DNA of 64,000 bases from Patescibacteria group bacterium (GCA_018969385.1 JAGWYL010000001.1:2677-66676); one strand, 5' to 3'. Counted from the first letter of the stretch, positions 29,801 to 38,651 are shown. A program made the numbers and translations. Notes: generated by a model from the sequence alone, not told the origin.

Positions 29801-30051
29801 AGTATGCCGTCCGGTTTTTCTTTCGCGATGACCTCCGTCGCGAATTGAAGCGTAAGCGGCAGGAAGTAGACGGCGTCCGCGAATCCCCGGTCCGTCTGCA
29901 CCGTGGCGATGTTCGGGTTCATGAGCACGACGCGGACGCCTTCCTCCTGAAGCGCCTTGATGGCTTGCGAACCCGAGTAATCGAATTCGCCGGCCTGGCC
30001 TATCTTCAGGCCTCCCGAACCGAGTATGAGTACTTTGCGAGGCTTTTTCAT
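26833..30051 (-). CDS. carB: Carbamoyl-phosphate synthase large subunit
   Basis: 1072 aa from ATG at 30051 (MKKPRKVLILGSGGLKIGQAGEFDYSG). The track ORF extends to 30591 through an Arg-rich non-coding extension. Confidence 0.9.
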   Translation of the reverse strand: MKKPRKVLILGSGGLKIGQAGEFDYSGSQAIKALQEEGVRVVLMNPNIATVQTDRGFADAVYFLPLTLQFATEVIAKEKPDGILLGFGGQTGLNLGLELFDTGVLKKYGVRVLGTPVATIRDTEDRDLFVKRLAEVGVETARSVAVTNVRAAAKAAAKLGYPVMVRSAFALGGEGSGVVRTEAELTEKLSEVFHTVPQVLVEEYLGGWKEVEYEVVRDRADNCITVCNMENLDPMGIHTGESIVVAPSQTLTNEEYHRLREIAIRTIRHLGVVGECNIQYALNPETGAYRVIEVNARLSRSSALASKATGYPLAFVAAKLALGATLPELANAVTKTTTACFEPALDYLVIKMPRWDLTKFENATNRIGTEMKSVGEVMAVGRSFEEAFQKGLRMLAVGADGFVAHRSGNFKIPDYLSEIREATTTRVFALAEALHAGVSAEKIHELSGIDRWFLSRLENIVRIERAFSKGKKPPAALVRRAKRAGFSDAQIGVLTGASEDAVREARRKAGILPVVKQIDTLAGEFPAKTNYLYVTYNGTEHDIKAKQKGTVVLGSGPYCIGSSVEFDWAGVQALRTLKAAGRETVMVNYNPETVSTDYDLPDRLYFEELSLERVLDIVEFEQAAGVVVSTGGQIPNNLALKLHARKVNVLGTSPEDIDRAEDRHVFSALLDKLGVDQPAWAELTTRKDAAKAAKRLGYPVLVRPSYVLSGAAMAVAFDEPALMKFLERAVNVSSDHPIVMSKFIENAREIEIDGVAKGGKLVIYAMSEHVENAGTHSGDATVVLPPQRTYLETVRRAKRIAKAIVRELSITGPFNIQFLAKDNNIQVIECNVRASRSFPFVSKVTGHNFIELAVKAMLGGDVSGEYRTLDLDYVAVKSPQFSYSRIKGADPLLYVEMASTGEVAAFGDSYHEALLKSMLSAGFRLPKKNVFVALGGEENKVKLLPSLRTLAELGFKLYGTDGTTKFLLENGIRATTVHKIHTGKLPNVLTLLDSDVVDLIINIPARTLARKNHADPALRKLHDGYMIRRRAVDNGIPLLTNRQLAEAFVTALAEIQDGGLKAKPWNEYLAQG

Positions 30052-31097
30052 GATGCTTTTTTGCGCTTCCGCACCGACGCCAGGAACTCGTCGAAGACCC
30101 ACGCGGTGTCGGTGGGCCCCGGCGCGGCTTCCGGATGGAACTGCACGGCACGAAACGGTTTCGTCTTGTGCCGGATTCCCTCCACGCTCCCGTCGTTCGC
30201 GTTCGCGAACCATACCTCCCAATCTTTCGGAAGCGTCTTCGCATCCACCGCATACCCGTGATTCTGCGACGTGATGAAGCAGCGCTCGGTTCCGGAAAGG
30301 GCGCACGGCTGGTTCTGCGCGCGATGCCCGTACTTGAGCTTGTACGTTTTGGCTCCCGCGGCGAGCGCCATCATCTGCGTGCCGAGGCAGATGCCGAGCA
30401 TCGGCGCGTCCGCTTCGAACGCCTTGCGCACGTTCGCCACGGTCGCCGCGCAGGTCATCGGGTCGCCGGGACCGTTCGAGAGCAGCACGCCGTCGTAAGC
30501 CTCTCCGGAGAAGTCGTAATCCCACGGAACGCGGATGACGCGCGCGCCGCGCGCGCGAAGCGAGCGCACGATGTTCTCTTTCATGCCGCAATCCACCGCA
30601 AGGATGGTCACGTCGCCCTCGCCTTCGACCGTCCGTTCTTCGGGACTCACCTTCGCGACGAAATTATCGCTCGTAGAAAAGACATTCTCGCGTTTTGCGC
30701 GAGAATGGTTGAGCCTGCCCTCCATCACTCCGTGTTCACGGAGAATCTTCGTGAGCGCACGCGTGTCCACGCCGGACATCGCAGGAATGCCTTCGCGCGT
30801 AAGCCATGCGGAAAGGGATTCCACGGCTGTGTGATTCGAATATTCGTCCACGTACTCGGCGACCACGAGCCCCGCCGCATGTATCTTCTTCGATTCGAAG
30901 GACTCCGGACTCGGCACGCCGTAGTTGCCGACCAAGGGATACGTGAGCACGAGTATCTGTCCCGCGTACGAAGGGTCCGAGAGGCTCTCGACGTATCCCA
31001 CCATGCCGGTGTTGAAGACCACCTCGGCGGACACGGACACGGGCGCGCCGAACGAGCTGCCCTCCACCGTGGTGCCGTCCGCGAGCGACAGCGTCAT
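30048..31097 (-). CDS. carA: Carbamoyl-phosphate synthase small subunit (glutamine amidotransferase)
   Basis: GICLGTQ and HGY motifs. The N-terminus MTLSLADGTTVEGSSFGA matches the CarA consensus. ATG at 31097 has an upstream GAAAGG SD. Alternative starts at 31160 (ATG) and 31184 (GTG). ATGA overlap with carB. Confidence 0.8.
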   Translation of the reverse strand: MTLSLADGTTVEGSSFGAPVSVSAEVVFNTGMVGYVESLSDPSYAGQILVLTYPLVGNYGVPSPESFESKKIHAAGLVVAEYVDEYSNHTAVESLSAWLTREGIPAMSGVDTRALTKILREHGVMEGRLNHSRAKRENVFSTSDNFVAKVSPEERTVEGEGDVTILAVDCGMKENIVRSLRARGARVIRVPWDYDFSGEAYDGVLLSNGPGDPMTCAATVANVRKAFEADAPMLGICLGTQMMALAAGAKTYKLKYGHRAQNQPCALSGTERCFITSQNHGYAVDAKTLPKDWEVWFANANDGSVEGIRHKTKPFRAVQFHPEAAPGPTDTAWVFDEFLASVRKRKKAS

Positions 31098-31313
31098 CCT
31101 TTCGCCGGGCAAAAAAATATCCCCGCGCTTTTTGGGGAGAGGTCTCTTACCGGCAGCCATTAAAGTTCCAGTATAGTCATGCACGCGATAACGTCAACCG
31201 GGACGGTGGATAGCGGCTTCGCTCCTTGAGAATCTCGGCGAGAGGTGCACGGTTCGGAAGCCTGAAGAGAGCTCGCTTTCGAACCGCGCACTCCGAGCCG
31301 GTTTTGAAATGGT

Positions 31314-31841
31314 CTACTCCACGACCGCGAACGCGCGGACGGGAGAGCCGTCGCCGTCGCGAATCCTAAGCGGCATGCCGTAGAAATGGAACTCGTCCGG
31401 CAACTCCTTCGTGTTCGCGAGACGTTCGAAAAGGACGAAGTCCTCCTTGAGGAGCTCGCGCTCCACCTCCGTGTGAAATTCGAACTCGGCTGCAAGCGCC
31501 ACGAAGCGCGGCTTCTCCTTGCGTATCGCATCAGAGTCCGCCTGCTCGATATTGTGGTCGCGGAATACGTAGCCATAGGAAGAGTCCATCGGCGTTCCCC
31601 GCTTGTAGATGCGCGCCTTGCCCGCAAAGCGTTCGAGCGGATAGTCATCCAGGGACTTCCCGTCTTCCACCGCGTGGCTTTGCGCGTTCACATGCGTGCC
31701 GTCGTGGCCGTTCATCTCTAGGCGGCGCATGTTCCAGCCGTTCTCCGCAAGGTTCTGTATGAGCGTTATCTTCGCCTCCGGGTCGCCCGAATATACCGGC
31801 ATGCCCGTGTAGATGGGAAGCGAAAGGTCGATGATTTTCAT
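31314..31841 (-). CDS. Putative cyclase family protein (kynurenine formamidase-like fold)
   Basis: 175 aa with partial HxGTHxDxPxH motif (GHDGTHVNAQSH). Confidence 0.5.
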   Translation of the reverse strand: MKIIDLSLPIYTGMPVYSGDPEAKITLIQNLAENGWNMRRLEMNGHDGTHVNAQSHAVEDGKSLDDYPLERFAGKARIYKRGTPMDSSYGYVFRDHNIEQADSDAIRKEKPRFVALAAEFEFHTEVERELLKEDFVLFERLANTKELPDEFHFYGMPLRIRDGDGSPVRAFAVVE

Positions 31842-31858
31842 AGGAAAATGTCCTTATC

Positions 31859-32206
31859 TTACGCATGCGCATCGAGCGCGTGCAGGATGCGCTTGATGAC
31901 GACGAAACCGTACGCCCACAGGAGCGGCAGCCACAGCGGCATGAGTCCGAAGAGCGTGTGGTGCGTGAAGGTTTCCACGCCGGTGGAGACGAACAGGTAC
32001 TCCGCGGCCGTCATGAGCGCGAGCCCCGCGACGAACGCCGCGAGATCATGCCGCGCGCGCCGTACGATGAACGCGAGCGCGATGATGCAGGCGAAGATGA
32101 CGGTAAGTAGGTATTCGTCGCCGACGAACGGGATGAGCACCAGCATGAACGCGACGAACAGTACGTCGACGAGCGACTCCCGCGCGATGCGCGTGCTTCT
32201 GGTCAT
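31859..32206 (-). CDS. Hypothetical membrane protein
   Basis: 115 aa with 3-4 TM segments. ATG at 32206. Confidence 0.45.
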   Translation of the reverse strand: MTRSTRIARESLVDVLFVAFMLVLIPFVGDEYLLTVIFACIIALAFIVRRARHDLAAFVAGLALMTAAEYLFVSTGVETFTHHTLFGLMPLWLPLLWAYGFVVIKRILHALDAHA

Positions 32207-32247
32207 AGGGAAAGGATGCCTATAGAGTGCCCCTGAAAACCTGCTCC

Positions 32248-32280
32248 GGCGGCGTGCGGTCTTTCCGACCGCACGCCGCC
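32248..32280. terminator. Perfect 14-bp GC stem hairpin (ggcggcgtgcggtc-tttcc-gaccgcacgccgcc)
   Basis: Seen in the sequence between two minus-strand membrane-protein genes. Confidence 0.4.
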
Positions 32281-32356
32281 TTCGTCCGATGGCTTTCAGG
32301 CACTGAAGGCACCAGCTAAGTCTACTACGCCCGCGAGGCGCTTCGCGCGGTTATCC

Positions 32357-32399
32357 GCACGCATGCCGCCGGCCCCTTTGGGGCCGGCGGCATGCGTGC
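32357..32399. terminator. Perfect 20-bp stem / 3-nt loop palindrome (gcacgcatgccgccggcccc-ttt-ggggccggcggcatgcgtgc)
   Basis: Seen in the sequence immediately downstream of the stop at 32407. Confidence 0.4.
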
Positions 32400-32406
32400 G
32401 CACGCG

Positions 32407-32796
32407 CTACCCTACGAGGTACGCGAACCAGGTGAGATACGCGCCGACCACGAGCACGACCACGCCGCAAGCATTCATGTAGCCTGCCTTGGCGAAATTC
32501 GCGCCGACCCGTTCCATCGCCTTCGGAAAGACGAGCAGTACCAGGCCTTTGATGAGCACAATCCAGCCGAACAGGCTGACGAGCATTTCCGGAAGCGTCA
32601 TCCACGTGTTGTGGTTCAGCACCAGCACGATGCCCGCCGCGGTGGCGATGATGCCCGCGGTCAGCACGGCGAGCGTCTCGTTCTTCAGGTTGCGATACAC
32701 GTCCAGGTAGTAGTCCTTGCTCACGAGAACGCCGATGCCGACGGCGAACAGGATCGGGCCCATCATCTGGGCGATGAAAACGGTGCTATCAGTCAT
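32407..32796 (-). CDS. Hypothetical membrane protein
   Basis: 129 aa with 4 TM segments. ATG at 32796. Confidence 0.5.
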   Translation of the reverse strand: MTDSTVFIAQMMGPILFAVGIGVLVSKDYYLDVYRNLKNETLAVLTAGIIATAAGIVLVLNHNTWMTLPEMLVSLFGWIVLIKGLVLLVFPKAMERVGANFAKAGYMNACGVVVLVVGAYLTWFAYLVG

Positions 32797-32886
32797 GGAG
32801 CTATGCGTTATCCGCTAATCTGGCACTGCGCACTACACAGTGCTAAGTATAGCCCCGCAAGAGGGCGGCCGCGCGTCGGCTGTGCA

Positions 32887-33366
32887 TTACGCCCGCCCTG
32901 CCTTTTCCGCGAAATAGTGCTTCAGCTTCTCCGCATACGGACGCTTCTCTTCGGCGCTCGGCCAGTACGTCTCTTCGTGGCGGAGATAGAGGTCGTCCCC
33001 CGCGTAGCGCGGAAAGACATGCAGGTGGAAGTGCCACACGTCCTGGTTCCCCGCCGGCTCGTTATGCTGGCGCGTGGACGTGCCGTCGCACCCGTATGCG
33101 GCCTTCTCCGCGAGCACGACTTCTTTCGAAGCGTCGAACAGCGCGTGCCCGGTATCTTCCGGCATGTCGTAGAGGTTCTCGATGTGCGCGTTCGGGATGA
33201 TGATGACGTGCCCCGGGTTCGAACGCCACCACTTGCCCGCGACAAACGCGGTCAGGAACCCGTTCCGGAACAGCACGTCCGGCTTCTGGTCGCCGCGGTC
33301 GGTCGGCTCGCCTCTCGCGATCTGACAGAGCGGACAGACATATCCCTCCGGCGCGTGGTTATACAT
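32887..33366 (-). CDS. HIT family (histidine triad) protein
   Basis: HFHLHVFPR histidine triad and CPLC motif. Confidence 0.8.
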   Translation of the reverse strand: MYNHAPEGYVCPLCQIARGEPTDRGDQKPDVLFRNGFLTAFVAGKWWRSNPGHVIIIPNAHIENLYDMPEDTGHALFDASKEVVLAEKAAYGCDGTSTRQHNEPAGNQDVWHFHLHVFPRYAGDDLYLRHEETYWPSAEEKRPYAEKLKHYFAEKAGRA

Positions 33367-33399
33367 GAGCGAAGTATAGCAAAGCGATGGACGCGGGGA

Positions 33400-35928
33400 T
33401 TATGCCGCGTCCGCGCTCCAGCGGGCGTAGAAGAAGCGCTTGGCGAACTCCACGCTCGCGAGATAGAGGACGGTGATGCAGAGCATCGCCGCGGCGATGC
33501 CGCCCGAAAGCGGAATGAACGAGAAGAGATGCGCGAACGGGCTCCAGACGATTCCCCACGCGAGCACCACGACGCCGAGCGTGCTCGCGACGAGCACGCT
33601 CGCCGGCCTGCTTCCGAAGAACGGCACGGTGCGCGTACGGATGATGTACACCACGAACGTTTGCGTCGCGATGGATTCGAGGAACCAGCCAGTCTGGAAA
33701 CCGGAGCCGGAAAGGTGGAACGCGAGGACGAGCAGGAAGAACGTCGCGAAATCGAAGACGGAAGACAGCAGCCCGAAGTAGATCATGAAGCGCCGGAGGA
33801 ACGCGGTGCTTATCTTGCGCGGACGGAGCGTATCCGCGGGGTCGACGGTGTCGAGCGGTATGGCCGTCTGCGACGTGTCGTAGAGCAGGTTGCCGAGCAG
33901 GATCTGCGTGGACTGCATCGGCAGGAACGGCAGCACCAGGGATGCGCCCGCCATGGAAAACATGTTCCCGAAGTTCGAGGAGAGGCTCATGAGGAGATAC
34001 TTGAGCGTGTTCGCGAACGTCCGCCGTCCTTCGATGACGCCTTCAACGAGGTCCGCGAGCGACTTCCGGAGGAGAATGAGGTCCGCCGCCTCGCGCGCGA
34101 CGTCCACCGCGTTCTCCACGGAAATGCCGACGTCCGCCGCCGTAAGCGAAGGCGCGTCGTTCACGCCGTCCCCGAGGTATCCGACGACATGGCCGTTCGC
34201 GCGAAGCGCTTCGATGATGCGCCGCTTCTGGTCCGGAAGGAGGCGCGCGAACACCGTGTGCGTCTCGACCGCATGCGCGAGCGCTTCGCGCGAAAGATGC
34301 TCGATGTCCGAACCGTGGAGAACGCCCGCGACCTCGAGCCCGATGTCCGCGGCTATCTTTTGCGTCACGGCGGCATTGTCGCCCGTGAGAATCTTCACGG
34401 TGATGCCGTGCGCGCGCATGCGCGCGAGCGTCGCCTTGGCGGTCTTCTTCGCCGGGTCGAGGAACGCGGCGAACCCGGCGAACACGAGTTCGCTCTCGTC
34501 CGTCTTCTCGTACCGCTCCTTCTCCGGAACCGCCTGCGAAGCGACGGCGAGCACGCGGAATCCGTCCGCGGAAAGCTTCTCGTATTCCTCTGACGCTTTC
34601 GCGCGAAGCGCGTCCGTGAGACGCGTATGCACGGTGCCGAGGTACGCGCAGTCATGCAGGAGTTCTTCGGGCGCGCCCTTGGCGATGAGCATGCGGCCGT
34701 CTCCTTTCGCGACGACGACGGAATCGCGCTTGCGTTCGTAATCGAAAGGAATCTCATCCATCTTGCGGTAGCCCGCGACGTCCGGCTTCCCGTGCGCGCG
34801 GATGGCCGCATCGAGCGGCGTCTCAAGGCGGCTATGGAACAAGGTCGTGAGATACGCGAGTCGGAACACTTCGTCATCGTCCTTCCCCGCCGCGTCCACC
34901 GTCCGCACGAGCGTGATGCGGTCCTCCGTGAGCGTGCCGGTCTTGTCCGTCGCCAGGATGTCTATGGAGCCGAAATTCTGGATGGCGGACAGGCGCTTCA
35001 CGATGACGCCGCGCTTCGCCATCGCGAGCGAGCCTTTCGTGAGGTTGAGCGTGACTATCATCGGCAGAAGTTCCGGCGTGAGCCCCACCGCGAGCGCGGC
35101 CGCGAAGAGGAGCGACTGCAGGAGTTCGTGGCGCACGAGCGCGTTCACGACGAAGATGACGATGACGAGCGAAAGCGTCGCGCGCATGACGAGGATGCTG
35201 AAGTCCTTGATGCCGCGGTCGAACTCGGTCGGCGCGCTGCGGGTTTCGAGCGCGGCGGTGATGGCGCCGTACTTGGTCTTCTTGCCCGTCCGTTCGACGA
35301 GCATGGCCGCGGTGCCGGTGATGACGGACGCGCCGAGGTAGCAGGCGTCCTTCAAAACCGCTTCGCGCGGGAACGACTCGCCGGTGAGCGACGATTCGTT
35401 CATGAAGAAGTCCTTAGCCTCGAGCACGCTCCCGTCCGCGGGAACGAGGTCGCCCGCGGAAAGCTCCACGACATCGCCCGGCACGATTTCAGCGAACGGC
35501 ACTTCTTTCGGCTTCCCGTCCCTGCGGACCGTGGCGGTGATGCGGATGCGGGAGATGAGAAGCTGAACGGCGCGCTCCGAACGATACGAGTTCGCGAAGT
35601 CGAGCACCGCCGAAACGAAGACGATGCCCACGATGATGGATGCGGAGATGATGTCGCCGAAGAAGCCGGACACGCCTGCGGCGAAGAGGAGGATGAGTAT
35701 GAGCGGATTCCCGAGGCGCGCGAAGAATGCGCGGATGCCGGGCGCGCGATGCGCCGCGGAAAGCGCGTCCGAAGCGCTCGCGCGAAGCCGCAAAGCGGCT
35801 TCGCGCGACGAAAGGCCGCTTGCGGCTGTATCCATGGCGTAGAGTATAGCGCCTCGCTCGCCTGCGCCGGTCCGCGCAGTGCGGATAGCGCTTATCCGTG
35901 CCGCCGTCGGCGAGTCCGTGTTCTGCAC
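33400..35928 (-). CDS. mgtA: Magnesium-translocating P-type ATPase
   Basis: DKTGTLT, TGDN and GDGVNDAPS motifs. 10 TM segments. The 35928 start is GTG; an alternative ATG lies at 35835. Confidence 0.85.
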   Translation of the reverse strand: MQNTDSPTAARISAIRTARTGAGERGAILYAMDTAASGLSSREAALRLRASASDALSAAHRAPGIRAFFARLGNPLILILLFAAGVSGFFGDIISASIIVGIVFVSAVLDFANSYRSERAVQLLISRIRITATVRRDGKPKEVPFAEIVPGDVVELSAGDLVPADGSVLEAKDFFMNESSLTGESFPREAVLKDACYLGASVITGTAAMLVERTGKKTKYGAITAALETRSAPTEFDRGIKDFSILVMRATLSLVIVIFVVNALVRHELLQSLLFAAALAVGLTPELLPMIVTLNLTKGSLAMAKRGVIVKRLSAIQNFGSIDILATDKTGTLTEDRITLVRTVDAAGKDDDEVFRLAYLTTLFHSRLETPLDAAIRAHGKPDVAGYRKMDEIPFDYERKRDSVVVAKGDGRMLIAKGAPEELLHDCAYLGTVHTRLTDALRAKASEEYEKLSADGFRVLAVASQAVPEKERYEKTDESELVFAGFAAFLDPAKKTAKATLARMRAHGITVKILTGDNAAVTQKIAADIGLEVAGVLHGSDIEHLSREALAHAVETHTVFARLLPDQKRRIIEALRANGHVVGYLGDGVNDAPSLTAADVGISVENAVDVAREAADLILLRKSLADLVEGVIEGRRTFANTLKYLLMSLSSNFGNMFSMAGASLVLPFLPMQSTQILLGNLLYDTSQTAIPLDTVDPADTLRPRKISTAFLRRFMIYFGLLSSVFDFATFFLLVLAFHLSGSGFQTGWFLESIATQTFVVYIIRTRTVPFFGSRPASVLVASTLGVVVLAWGIVWSPFAHLFSFIPLSGGIAAAMLCITVLYLASVEFAKRFFYARWSADAA

Positions 35929-35946
35929 ATAGCAGAGCGCGGCGCG

Positions 35947-35986
35947 GAAAAGAAAGCAGCCATCTTCCTGTACGGAAGGTGGCTGC
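35947..35986 (-). terminator. Hairpin (gcagcca...tggctgc with inner cttcc/ggaag) followed by a U-rich tract in the minus sense, between the small upstream gene and mgtA; terminator or possible leader attenuator
   Basis: Seen in the sequence. Confidence 0.4.
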
Positions 35987-36003
35987 CGGAAGACATAAGT
36001 GAC

Positions 36004-36318
36004 TCACACCTTGCCGAAGTACTTTTTCCAGACTCTACTCTCTTCGAGACTGGCGGGCGTGTCCGCCGCGTAGGGCGTGTAGAGTGGGAAATCGCGTTCG
36101 ACAAGCTTGCCGTTCTCTTTGAGGACGAGCATACCCATCGGTCCGCGGAGTGTGCCGTTATCTATCACGTTCCACGACTGCCCAGAGATCGTCACAGCGG
36201 CGATGACGTGCTGCCGTTCCCATTGTGCCCGCCGGACGGACAGGGTAAAGATCACGCATGCGCTTACCACGACCGTCACGCAAAGACCGTCCACGACCGA
36301 TATCTTATGAGTCTTCAT
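36004..36318 (-). CDS. Hypothetical small membrane-anchored protein
   Basis: 104 aa with ATG at 36318. A strong SD (AGGAAGGAGGG) lies upstream. Confidence 0.55.
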   Translation of the reverse strand: MKTHKISVVDGLCVTVVVSACVIFTLSVRRAQWERQHVIAAVTISGQSWNVIDNGTLRGPMGMLVLKENGKLVERDFPLYTPYAADTPASLEESRVWKKYFGKV

Positions 36319-36562
36319 AGGCGGTACCCTCCTTCCTGTTTATGGGGCCGCTTGAGAGCGGGAACTCCCGAGCCAAAAGTAGCTCTCTTTTCTGAAGATG
36401 TCGATGGACGCCCGGATCCGTTTACGCTAGCTCGCTGGAAACCCAAAAACTGCAGGCTTATATGCTCAAAGGAACGGCCGGCATGCGGAAACTACTCCAT
36501 ACCTGAACGGCAAGTGAGGCCGGCCACCGTTTCCATAGCGCGGGCATGCGCCGGACTTCCGC

Positions 36563-36949
36563 TTGCCCGCCGGAGGAGGTACTATTGGCGCATTAACGTA
36601 CTTCCCTATGAATGAGTCATGGCGCGCGCAACCGGCATCGAGCGACGTTCCCGAGATAACGGGGCGGATGCTTGCTGACGTCCTTCAAAGTTCGAAGAAC
36701 GAAGAAGAGAAGAGGCTCTTCAAGGATCGGTGGCTGCGGCAGCAGATAGACAAGCGCATGCATGCGAAAAACATGGAAGAGCGGCTCAAGACGCACCTTG
36801 ATACGGCATGCGCGCTCCGCGACGCATTCCTCATCAACGACGCGCGCGATATGTTCGAGGACATCATCGACACCGCCAAGGACTTCGACGAGCCGGAATA
36901 TGCGGAAAAAGCGGAAGAGGCTTTGCGGAATCTGGAAACCCTGCACTAG
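36563..36949 (+). CDS. Hypothetical protein
   Basis: ORF with diverse composition. An alternative ATG lies at 36608. A terminator hairpin follows directly. Confidence 0.4.
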   Translation: MPAGGGTIGALTYFPMNESWRAQPASSDVPEITGRMLADVLQSSKNEEEKRLFKDRWLRQQIDKRMHAKNMEERLKTHLDTACALRDAFLINDARDMFEDIIDTAKDFDEPEYAEKAEEALRNLETLH

Positions 36950-36950
36950 C

Positions 36951-36975
36951 CGCCGCGGACGGCGGCTTTGCCCCT
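36951..36975 (+). terminator. Rho-independent terminator (gccgccg-cgga-cggcggc plus T-rich run)
   Basis: Perfect 7-bp stem followed by a T-rich tail immediately after the stop at 36949. A second hairpin (caccgc-ggg-tgcggtg followed by ttcttttat) lies at ~37007-37030. Confidence 0.45.
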
Positions 36976-37264
36976 CCTCATATATAAAAGAAACACCGCG
37001 GGTGCGGTGATTCTTTTATCGAACTGCTCTATCCGTAAGGAGAATTGTGGCGGCTTCGTTAGCCATCTTTCGACGACCATTGTAAAAAGGAAGCCGCGCG
37101 CACCTCGTATCAGGCACAAGCACGTTCGTTATGGCTACAGTAGCATAGGAGGATTTATTAGTCAAGTAGCGGCAAGGGACGTCTTGACTACCTGAGGTAC
37201 CAATGCGATTATGCTGCCGGCGCCGGCACTACCTGCCGGCATGATTTAGCGAGCGGAGGCACGC

Positions 37265-37558
37265 ATGACTGCGAACGATACCTCGTCTGAAAATCCGTTC
37301 TTCAACTGGCTCACAGGTCCGGACGGACCGCTGCGCAAAGAAGGCTCCAAACCAGACTCGCGTCCGCTATTCCTTAGGGATCTGCGCGACAATCCGGACA
37401 GAGTCGCCAACTTCGTCCGGAGCCGCATCACGGGATGGACCGCAATGGCGTGTTTCTCTCTTGAGACTGCCATTCTCTGGAACGACAGCGATGTCCTGGA
37501 CCTCATCGAATTCATGAAGACCAAATTCGCCGGTGAAATCGCCGAGCTGCCTGCCTGA
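37265..37558 (+). CDS. Hypothetical protein
   Basis: 97 aa with a GGAGG SD 7 nt upstream of ATG 37265. A terminator follows. Confidence 0.45.
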   Translation: MTANDTSSENPFFNWLTGPDGPLRKEGSKPDSRPLFLRDLRDNPDRVANFVRSRITGWTAMACFSLETAILWNDSDVLDLIEFMKTKFAGEIAELPA

Positions 37559-37582
37559 CACGAAACGATCAGATAGGAAAAG

Positions 37583-37620
37583 GAGCGCACGGCTACGGCA
37601 CGGCGCTCTTCCCCTTTATA
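37583..37620 (+). terminator. Rho-independent terminator (gagcgc...gcgctc hairpin plus ttcccctttatat)
   Basis: Seen in the sequence after the stop at 37558. Confidence 0.4.
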
Positions 37621-37913
37621 TGGACTCGAACGAACCGCGTGCGAAATCGGTCGAATGACCACGCACGACGAGTTCCGCGCGTCCGTTCGGTGCGACCGTT
37701 AGATACGTGATGCCCATTGCTTTTCTAAAATCTCCCTATCTTTCCTCTTCCCCATCTCCATTTTCCCTCTTCTCCAGCATTCTCCGATATTCTTATCTTA
37801 GTCCGGTCGGCCAGTTATAAGAATCGCATGGGATGAGCGAAGTGGGACCGTCTGCGCGCAAGGCGAGCTGGCTGGGAAAGGAATCGCCTCTCGCTCTACT
37901 GAGCGAAGGGCTC

Positions 37914-38537
37914 TTATATGTTCTGAACGATAAAATCCATCCAGGTTTTGCCGATTGGGTCTACGAATTTCTTGACACCTAAGACCTTAAATCCTACCTG
38001 GGTTAAGGCTTTCTCCAGTTCCTTCTCCATCCAATATTTCCGAAAGCGCTTTTTCTTTCTATTGAAATCCTCTTTTTCGTACCAACCTTCCTTGCTCTCG
38101 GCCGAAACGGTCGTGCTGAACAGCGCGACTCCGCCCGGATTGAGAATGGATTTAATCTTTACGAAAATCTGGCCCACTTCCTTTTTAGGAAAAAGGTGTA
38201 TGAACGCAAAAGCCAATGCTCCGTCAAATTTTTCATCAAATCTCATTTGCGTGAAGTCTCCCACGATGACGTCCGAGTCAGGATTCCTTTCTTTCGCGAA
38301 TCTTGCCATCTTAGGTGAAATCTCTATGCCCGTGGTCTTGAACCCTTTTTGATTCAAGATGCTCATGGCTATTCCCACGGCACATCCTATATCCAACACT
38401 CTGCCGCCGGGCTTAAGGTATGACGCGAAATAATCCATCGCTTCGCTAGTAATCGGAATCAGATCTTCCACCCTTGACTCATATTCATCAGCAAGGGCAT
38501 CGTATGTTTCCTTATGAGCGTCTGAGTGGAGCTGCAT
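37914..38537 (-). CDS. Class I SAM-dependent methyltransferase (small-molecule/protein type)
   Basis: 207 aa with motif I VLDIGCAVG. Low-GC codon usage. Confidence 0.75.
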   Translation of the reverse strand: MQLHSDAHKETYDALADEYESRVEDLIPITSEAMDYFASYLKPGGRVLDIGCAVGIAMSILNQKGFKTTGIEISPKMARFAKERNPDSDVIVGDFTQMRFDEKFDGALAFAFIHLFPKKEVGQIFVKIKSILNPGGVALFSTTVSAESKEGWYEKEDFNRKKKRFRKYWMEKELEKALTQVGFKVLGVKKFVDPIGKTWMDFIVQNI

Positions 38538-38651
38538 ACTAGAGTGAAGGTGAGTTGGCTGGCCGTCTCGGGCTGGAACCGTGGTCGGTCAATCCCCGCT
38601 TAGTCCGTTTGGCTTCGCGGATGAATTTTGGGACAACGCGTCTCGTGCGCG

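Noticed and set aside
26806-30261. 1151-aa plus-strand ORF
   Set aside because: Antisense to carB. Arg-rich junk with no motifs.
26833-30591. 1252-aa ORF containing carB
   Set aside because: The first 180 aa are a spurious extension. The CarB consensus N-terminus MKKPRKVLILGSG starts at 30051 and overlaps the carA stop.
36319-36345. CAGGAAGGAGGG reminiscent of the SRP-RNA GGAAGGAAGCAGCC motif
   Set aside because: It is simply the Shine-Dalgarno region of the gene starting at 36318. No SRP helix can be formed.
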